64,000 bases of DNA, taken from contig OX597816.1 in the NCBI GenBank assembly GCA_951406725.2, positions 76,012,001 through 76,076,000 on the forward strand. The letters are read 5' to 3'. Position numbers and translations under genes: made by a program. Source of the DNA: Octopus vulgaris. Lineage: Eukaryota. Below the pieces are notes generated by a model, which saw only the letters and a program-made list of their open reading frames with translations, did no database searches and was not told where the DNA came from. Every line of letters begins with the position of its first letter. The first letter of the stretch is position 1. Shown piece by piece: positions 54,721 to 64,000 of the stretch.

Positions 54721-55844
54721 CCAGCATGTTTTTCATATGATGTGGTAGAACAAGGGCCGGCCCTATGCAAAGAAACTTAGATGAGCTGATGCCAATCTTT
54801 CCTCCGTCAACACAAAGATACAAGCGCTACAGTTATCTAGAAAATAAAAAGCGCAACCGGTAAACAAAATTAGAAACCCTGGAGATTACTGCACAAGAGT
54901 GATATAATCATCACTGACGATGTCTCCTGGCAATCGTGAACTCTCAACCGTAGCTATGACTAACATTGCTACTTGTTTTAAACCCAGAAAATCATTTTGC
55001 TTCATATATCTCCTTTCCAGTCGCAGTATTAGAAGGTATTGTGCATGATATACAGTATATTTGGCTTGTTATTCTGATAGGCGAAACAATCATCTGAAGG
55101 CTCGTAGAAATGATTTGTACTGTGAATGTGTAATTTAAAGGGTTAATTACTTTGACCACTGGCAAACACGCAAATTCGAATTTTAAGGTAATTTTCCAGT
55201 TATAGAGTAACGGTATCTATTTAGATTACGCCGTCAAGCGATACGCATGAATGATAAGGTATCTTGCCCTGCTCATAACCGTTCTCTCACATTGTCTAAT
55301 TGTGTTTTATTATCTGGCCTGAATATCAATAGTGGAGTTCAATCAACTGATACAATTCATTAATCGTATCAGTATCACAACATGCATATTTTCCAGTCTG
55401 TTGTTTTCTAAATTTTCTTTCGTTTACTTTTTTTTTGTTTAGTAGTTTATTTTTTCTTTAATCAATTCTGTTATCTAAATCTTATCTTTGTGGTCTTGCA
55501 CTTGAAGACGTGTGCGTTTTCATCCTCACGTGACTATTTGTCGAAATGTTTTGCTTTATCTTTCATCCACCTCTTGCCCTTATCCTTGTTTTCAGCTCCA
55601 ATTTATTCCTCTACTCACGAATATTCATTTGTACACCGTTAGTTTGGACAGTTACTTTACATTCACATGCGTATGTCTATACACGCAACACTTAACATAT
55701 AACTAAACGTAAACACACATACACACAGACACACAGACACAGTAAGCACGCATTAAAATATACTCGTGTGTGTCTATACGTGTATGATTAGAAGTTTGTG
55801 TGTGTGATATCGATATGATTAGCATATACTTGTTTTTGTTTTAC

Positions 55845-55925
<81 letters not shown>

Positions 55926-56499
55926 GCTTCTTCCCTCTGTGTGTGTACGTGCGTGTGTAATGTGCATGTTTACACAAATATGTCTGCTTATTGATTTGAG
56001 AATTTTATAAACGAACCACTGTATTTATGACGACGCATGCTTTTGTATAAGCCTATGCGTGCATATGTATTTGTATTCTATTTGCCGTTGTCTATAATAT
56101 TGATAAGGATTTGATTTATTCTCACATTACAAACAGTTGCCATTTATAGACTGAGTTTACAACTAACAGCGTTTACCGATGAGTTGGCTACAGATGTTTG
56201 ATCGTGCCGATACAGTGTTCAGTTAAGCCATTCTAAAGAAATTTGTTGAGCAACACATCTGTTGTTATTGATATAGCGACAAACAACAACAGTAATAACA
56301 ATACTTATAATAATGATTTCAAATTTTAACACAAGGCCAGCAGTTTCAGAGGAAGGAGTAACTCGATTACATCGAACCCTTGTACTCAACTGGTACTTTT
56401 TTTTATCAATTCCTGGAATGATGAAAGGCAAAGTCGAATCTGCAAATTTGAACTCAGAGTGTAAAAAACGGACGTAATGTCGCTAAGCCTGTAAAAGTT

Positions 56500-57070
56500 T
56501 GTTTTAAAAGTAATTGTCAATTCAAATTGTAAGAATTTACGGCCACTCTCTTTCCTTGGCAAGTAAAGTAATTCTTCATCTGCCTTAGGGTGGTGCATTC
56601 TATATATTGTCAACAATTTTCGAATTATTCAATCAAGCTTACATATTTCAGTAATTGACCAATTAATAATTTTGAAACTGTAAGTAACGACCGGTATGGC
56701 TAAAGTATTAATCGCTTCGATCTTGTTACTTGCGTTTAGCTGTGTCTTGAATATTGGCATCACCCTACGGTAACATTCTTTTCTAATGATCTTGTCCCTC
56801 TCATTGAACGTTTAATTCTATCACCTCCATACACCCCTGAGAATTTGTAACACTTCTCTCGCTTTAACTCCTTTATAACTTTCTCTTGGTCAACGTTGGA
56901 TGTTTCTGTCATTTTCCCTCTTAGAAAGGAAACTTTTGCGTATTTACCTAGGCCGTATTCCATTCTGATGTCACCACTAAACCGTTTTACAATAGCTAGT
57001 AAGTCCTGTAGTTGCTGGCCATTTTTGAAAAAGGCTATAAATTATCCACGAAAAAGAAATGATTTATAGT
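56500..57070 (-). mobile_element. R4/Dong-like RT fragment
   Basis: DIRMEYGLGKYAK, AINTLAIPVVTYSF and MHHPKADEELLYLPRKESGR. Confidence 0.82.
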
Positions 57071-57550
57071 TTTACCATTGTACTTCATCGAGCAATTTGG
57101 AAAGAAGTATTAAGGCTAGTCAAAAGAGGAGTGGTGATAGAGAGACGCTCTGGAAAATTCTTACATCCTCAGCATTCACCGATTCATTCTCGCTATTCAA
57201 AGCCAGTGTACTTTTCCATGATTTCATACTCGCAGATAAGAAGTTTCGCGAAGCAGGTGCTATTTTATAAATTACCAAACATTTCTCATCCAGGCTATTG
57301 ATAGGTTATTGTGCTGCAGTGACAATCTTCCCAAATCATCTTATTGATGAGAAGCTGACCTTTGCAACCACAGGCCCCACGTTTACCTCCTTTTCATTGT
57401 CACTCATATGAGGTAGCAATTATCAGGTTGCGCAATTACCAGTGTTTTTATTGTGACACCATCACTAGATGTATCATTAATCAGCTCATGAGGAGGAGGC
57501 TCTACCCATTTCCTTTCATTATTATGATTATTATCATTATCCTCCTCCTC

Positions 57551-57617
<67 letters not shown>

Positions 57618-59066
57618 GTAGTAGTAGTAGTAGTAGTAGTAGTAAGTGAGAGGGCAGCACCTGCGAGCAAAGTGACGTTGGGTACAAATATATGTCCCCC
57701 AATATGACCATCATTTCTACCCGTCTGAAAAGGTATACCAGGCACATGCATCACAGCCAATGTGCGTGGCATGATGACCTTATATCGAGACAAACAGCGA
57801 ATGACCTTGCAGGTGGGGCCCAGTTAGAATTTTCTTCATATCATATAGTCGTATCTATATATGTATACACAGGTACATCACCATATTAATGTATTGACTT
57901 AAGGCTTTAAATGAAATTTAAAATATATTTTTAGGAAGAAATTTAGAGGAGGAGTGGAGAAAATGGTAGTGAAAGAAAAAGAAGCGGTAGGAATGCTGTT
58001 CTATGAAGAGTTAAAAAAGGGGGAAAGGGGAGGAATGATCTACTGTATAGATGCAATTATGATTGTGCTTCTCTGTGGGTTGTTGATGTGTGTTAGCCTG
58101 GTGTGTATGTACAGATGCACGGAATATGGATGTGTAGTAGCATTGGTGTTTATATATACATACATACATATATATGTGTGTGTGTGTGTGTATAAGTGTA
58201 TATATGTGTGTATGTGTATATATAGAAATATAGATGATAGTCCATATATCTGTATGAATGCGTGTACAAGTATGTATATATGGGTATATATATGTACGAG
58301 TAAATATACACACACATATATATATATATATATATGGATGTAATTATATATAACCATCATATACATACACACAGTTACTTATATATATATTCCTTTCAAC
58401 TTTGAAAAAAGGAATATGCACAATGATATCGAATCGTAAAAAATGTGATCAAAGACTGGATGATTTGAAGAATATACTAATTCAAAGAGCATTTCCTCTT
58501 AACCCAATTACAAAAGAAATAGATTGGGGAAAAAGTAACGATATTCATAATTTTAGGAAAGTAAAAAGTAAAGAGTAAAGTGAGCAGCCATATGAAAGTG
58601 GCAGTTGAATGTTACTATTCTAGTAAAAAGTAAAGACGGTAACAGATAATTGAAAATATTTATAAAACTTTACTACTTTATATAAAGATCAAAAAACGAA
58701 AATTATTCTTCAAAATCAGCATTTCATCAAAAGCAAAAAGCAATGCCAAATAACGGAAAATTTTAATAACTGCGGAAACATTCGTAAACAAGTTTCCAAC
58801 CCCCACTGTTGGAAAATCCGGAAGATATTTTACGTGCTAGATGTATCTATGTGAACGAAGGTTTAGAGTTCAATTTCAAGCAGGGACAAACTTTTAGAAT
58901 AAATGAGTGCAACCGTGAAAATGCATTTCATGTGATAATATGATGTTGATGTTTGGAAAGCTACATCGACTTATAGCACACAGGCGACAAATTAATAACA
59001 AGAACATTCGAAATGTTCAATTAGAAGAACATGCAAAATTTACATTATTTACATTATTTACAATTG

Positions 59067-59312
59067 ACGGATATTTGTCCTCATCTTGTTTGTTGTAAAC
59101 ACAACGTTTCAGCTAATATACCCTCCAGCCTTCATCAGGTGTCTTGGGGGAAATTTCGAACCTGGGTTCTCATTCCTAAGGTATTTCTCGATGTTGTTGT
59201 TGTTGTTATTATTATCATTATTATTATTAGTAGTAGTAGTAGTATTCAGGTCACTTCCTGGAATCGAACTCGGAATCTTGGGGTTCGTACCCGCGCTCTT
59301 AACCACTATGCC
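59067..59312 (-). mobile_element. tRNA-headed SINE/retrozyme with canonical hammerhead (left, minus copy)
   Basis: ggcatagtggttaag...gagttcgattcc head, a triplet-repeat spacer, then agacac-CTGATGA(59138-59132)-aggct..agct-GAAA-cg-TT-gtgtt. Confidence 0.85.
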
Positions 59313-59387
59313 GGGCATATGGCGTAGTGGTTAAGAGCGCGAGTACTAACCCCAAGATTCCGAGTTCGATTCCAGGCAGTGACCTGA

Positions 59388-59433
<46 letters not shown>

Positions 59434-59566
59434 CAACAACATCGAGAAATACCTTAGGAATGAGAACCCAGGTTTGAAATTTCCCCCAAGACACCCGATG
59501 AAGGCCGGAGGGTATATGAGCCGAAACGTTGTGTTAACAACAAACAAGATGAGGGCAAATATCCGT
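59313..59566 (+). mobile_element. tRNA-headed SINE/retrozyme with hammerhead (right, plus copy)
   Basis: A box tggcgtagtgg (59320-59330), B box gagttcgattcc (59362-59373), (AAT)n, then agacac-CCGATGA(59495-59501)-aggc..gcc-GAAA(59523-59526)-cg-TT-gtgtt. Confidence 0.85.
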
Positions 59567-60490
59567 AAATAATATAAATATTTCCTCATCTCTTAAATAT
59601 AGAACTATTATGTTTACACACCTGCCTTGGTCTTTTGCTTTTTTGTAAATTATCACTATATATATCGATATGTGTGTATGAGTGTGTGTTTATATGTATA
59701 TATTTATTTGTGTGTGTCTTTGTGCCTGTGATTGTCTCCCTACCATTGCTTGACAACCGATGTTGGTGTGTTTATGTCCCCGTAGATTAGCGGTTCAACA
59801 AAAGAGACCGATAGAATAAGTACCAAGCTTACAAAGAATATCTTCGACTAAAAGGCGGTGTTCCAGCTTGGTCGCAGTTAAATGACTGAAACAAGTAAAA
59901 AAAGTAAAAGAGTATGGGCAAAAATGAGTCTACTTAATATTTAATTATTTCCAATTTTGAAATATTTAGATTTAATAACAGAGCAACAGCAAATTAAAAT
60001 CTTATTAAAAAAAATTTTAGCCACACGTAAAAATTTGATAAATGATAATGATCGCTTTAAATAAAATAACTTGCACCGCAAAAAAAAAAGAAGGCAAAAA
60101 CAAAAAACTATGACGTATATTTGAAAGATACTGAAAAATCAAAGTACTCATTGTCCTTGATTAATTGCAAGAATGATAACTGATTAGTATTAAATGTGAA
60201 AATATGAACAAATCTAAAAGGGATATAACAAGTAATATTTTCAAAATTAAAGTATAACATAAGCACAAAAATTATTACAATTGGGTTGCGGATTTTTATC
60301 TTCAGTTCGTTGATATTATGTTATACTGTTGTATGTCAAAATTTGGGCAAATATTTATTTTTGCTTGCAATAGCTGGTTCTTCTGGTCAAACTATCGTAT
60401 CTCCAGCTAGTTCAGATGCCAAGATATCAAGAATTGTCAAAGTGTAGTACACCGGTTTTGCTATGAAATGGTAAAATTGTATTTACGTTT

Positions 60491-60524
<34 letters not shown>

Positions 60525-61247
60525 CCAACGTTTTGGACTTACGACACTTTTACATAATAACAACGAGTTGTTTATATATCTGTAAATACACGCACCTAAG
60601 CATACATGCAGACGCACGCATATATAATTATATAAATGTACATTAATGTGGCTTAATGAATCAGGTGTTAAGCACATGATCGTAAGATTGTGGTTTCGAT
60701 TCCTGGAACGTGCGACGCGTTGTTCTTGATCAAGATACTTCACACTTCTCTAGTCCACACAGCTATTGAAAAGTAATTCTGCGACGGTCCATGTGAGTCT
60801 ATATGACTCGGGAAGCATATTTATCTTTTATCCTTTATGCTGTATACATACATGTATATATAAAATTATGTATATTATTAGCACATACAAAGATGCACAC
60901 ACGTACACACGCGCATACACACACACGCATACACACATGGTTGTAAAAATACAGAAGCAGATACTGAATTAGTCTTCAACGCTTTCCGGATAGAATGGCA
61001 TGTTTAGCCACAACTATCGGCCTCCGACCTAAAGACAACTTTCATGAAATTTAGATGTCAGCCAGATAGTCACATCTGTATGCAGCCTTGTAGATGACGT
61101 ATAAGCAATTCATACGCCTATATGTATACATGTTTATATGGCATACCATGTAATAACGCATTCATATAAATGTTTGTGTGATGTGTGTAAATGTGCTTGT
61201 ATTTTATCCTCTTATTTTATTCTTTGTTTTTTTTTGTGAATTCTCCC

Positions 61248-61283
<36 letters not shown>

Positions 61284-64000
61284 TGCTATATTAAATTGTA
61301 TGTTTCTGTGATGTCTGCTTGTGCATGCACACAGATATTTCACAGAAAAAAATATTATTTCATGCCCAGTAAAATCATTTAATGATATGCTCTTTTCTCG
61401 ATAGATTGACATGTTTATCTGCAGCAATCGGCCTTTGCCTTGCAAACGGAGATCTTTCACTGGAATTTACATGTCAATTAGGTGGTCAAATACGTGTGCA
61501 TCTAAGTATATAGTGTAAATGCGCCCTTACACGCGTGTATGTATGGAGGCATTTCTTAGCGTGTCTGTAGGTATGTATTATATGGTCCATTTTTATGTGA
61601 TATTTGTTCATATGCGTGTGCCTAGATGTAGGTCTTATCTTACATGCGCATATGTGTGTAGATATGTTATGTGCAAACCTGTAACAAATATGTACGTGCA
61701 TGCATACTTGTCATTATCTTTGTCAATCTGTATGTTGTGTCTCATATATGTGTACAATATATTTATTTCTATTTCTAACTTAGGTATTTTACGTAATTAT
61801 AGAAACAGTTCCATTAAATGACTTGTAATTAAAAGTTTATAATTAGTTGTGTCGTTACTTGTTTTGTGAAGTTCAATTTGCGATAACATGTATTGAGGTG
61901 GTTGGTCAATTAAGCATATATTTCAGTGAATTCTCTAAATACTGCTCATTTGCTTGTTAAATGTTTCCTCTTTCTCTTTAACATCACGTTGACGTATTCT
62001 GATTTCTATAACTGCCCGTCTTCTTTTCTCCGTCCTAGATCATTATGCCTGGTCAGCTGAGCATAGATTTTGTAGTAGGTCTTATTATCTTTCATCTTAT
62101 GGCGATGTATGTTCTTCTGCTTTTATTTTACCAATTCCCCACTAATAGATACTAATTACAAATAACCAAAGTCTAATCTAGAAATACAGCTACTTCATTA
62201 GAATTTACAGAACAGAAATGAGGTAGTCGTGATATAATGCATGTATATATTATGCAAGTACGTATATATGTAAGCATATATATAAATAAGTATACATAAT
62301 TTTGTATACATGTGTGCAGGTGCAAAAACATTGATTTAATCTATGTTGTGAATGTATAAACACGCAAATATACTTATGTTTTCAAATCTACATGTGTGTT
62401 TAGACATATATCTTTACGTCACACTAAGTGTTTGGAATATCTTATATAATTTCGCAAAACCTTTAATGACTTCTGGCGGCAAAATTCCAATTAACCCTGT
62501 CCTGCTTGGTTTTATGAATCCCGACATTTCAAGATTGGTCCTGAAGTAGATACTTACGTACGTTTTGTGCGAGGGTACGACACCTCTTGGCGAGAATAGA
62601 CTGGACCACTACATATAAATAGTAGTGGTCTGAGTGAGTCGATAGTTCAAATTTGGAGTTCGAGTTACGTGTTGGCTTGATGGTTCTTAAAAGATTGTTG
62701 TTACGTTCCATGTGGTTACTACCATTTGTTTCGATTATATTGTTATTACACTGTTGCAGTGTATTCGTTAATCCATAAGAATATATCAGTACCTAAGCAC
62801 CCTAATAATTATAATTATGAAGTTAAAGCTATACATAAGTTTGGGTGCATGAACTGCAGATTTTTCGTTTATTCGATATATTACTTTCTACGAGTCTTTA
62901 AGATTATCTTAACATTGCTGAGCTACTGATTCGCACAGCTGTGTACAATTTCTTTTCTCTGTCCACTTCATTATGTTTAGTCTGTTATGCTGGCATTTTC
63001 ATGAACTCAGCTTAATGTGTATATGTGGAAGTGTTCATTTTATAAACGTAATGCCTGGAATATTTACATATGATTCCTTTTAACGTCTTACAGATGTAAA
63101 TTGGGAATTAACCATTTCGGTCATGTGGAATCCAACTTTTAAAAATCAGTGCTGAGTTACTTAGTTACACAGCCAAGTACATCAGTGAATACAAGTATAA
63201 AATTGAAGTATAAAATTGTGTGGAATCTACACATTTGCTTGGTGTGCTAAAATTAGCAGCGAAATCCCTTTCATATCATAACTTCTCATCTTAAAAATGA
63301 AGGATCTATTTTGTAATATAGTAGTGGATACGCTATTGTATAACTAACAACAGGGAACGTAGTTTGCTCTTAGTCTCAAAGTTGTAAACCCAGTCTACAT
63401 TTCACTCTTACTGTACGAATTATATTGCATAGTATTTTGGCCACTACATCTTCATATTAATCGATGTCAGTGTGCGGAAACATTTGGACAACTGCTAATG
63501 ATGTAATTCGTATCATCCACGTAAATGAATGACATAGAGTCTTTAACGTTTGTCCCCTGCTAGCGAATTGCATATGCATATTCCCAAAAGAGAGAGAGAG
63601 AGCTAATATACCTTTCAGTGTTTCAATTTAAACTACTCTGGTAATATATCTAACTTTTACTCTGAAAGCAGCAGTATACTTAACACGTACGACTTGTGAT
63701 AATCTTTAATTTGATACCCTCCAGTTTCGAATAGTCAAACATGTGCCCCCCCCCCAAAAAAAAAACACATCTGTTATTTCAAAAATTGAAAAAGAAGTGA
63801 CCATTTTTCCTTCATTTTGTTTTTACACGAGGAGTCCCTAAAAGATATCTTTCTTAATTTGTGTACGTTTTCGTTCGAACGGATTCTGGTGATATGAACG
63901 ATATTTTTACAGCTTTCTATGAAACATTGTTTTCTCAAGAACTTATGTATTCATATGTTCATAGGGGCAGTTTCTGTCTCAGTTTTTTACTCTCTGGGCT

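Noticed and set aside
59313-59384. Functional tRNA gene
   Set aside because: A and B boxes are present, but the acceptor and anticodon arms are irregular and the sequence runs into a SINE body with no T-run terminator.
62189-62240. let-7-like seed tgaggtagt in a short hairpin
   Set aside because: Only 9 nt match, the seed is on the 3' arm, and the 11-bp stem is too short for a pre-miRNA.
62529-62711. 60-aa minus-strand ORF containing a gtaagt donor
   Set aside because: No recognisable motif or partner exon, so it is consistent with chance.

Overview
AT-rich, microsatellite-dense animal DNA. The repeat families point to an octopus/cephalopod genome, which is an inference from repeat content only. 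Most ORF-track entries are microsatellite artefacts. The window is a mosaic of decayed transposons: CR1, Tx1/L1, RTE and R4/Dong-like LINEs, several Penelope-like elements (PLEs), Tc1 DD34E and DD37E elements, mariner remnants, MITEs, non-autonomous Helitrons and tRNA-derived SINEs. One plausible host coding exon (a signal peptide, 14017-14062) suggests the rest of the window may be one large intron. The most striking signal is a hammerhead-ribozyme (HHR) system with about ten full or partial type-I motifs, mostly with palindromic, dimer-type stem III. They lie in PLE termini, in small fold-back palindromes, and in a head-to-head tRNA-headed SINE that carries an HHR (59067-59566). Four of these motifs have a CCGANGA (U4C) core. 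A second signal is an apparent tandem, site-specific insertion of a Tx1-like LINE into the tRNA head of a SINE. All calls are by eye; no searches or folding were run.
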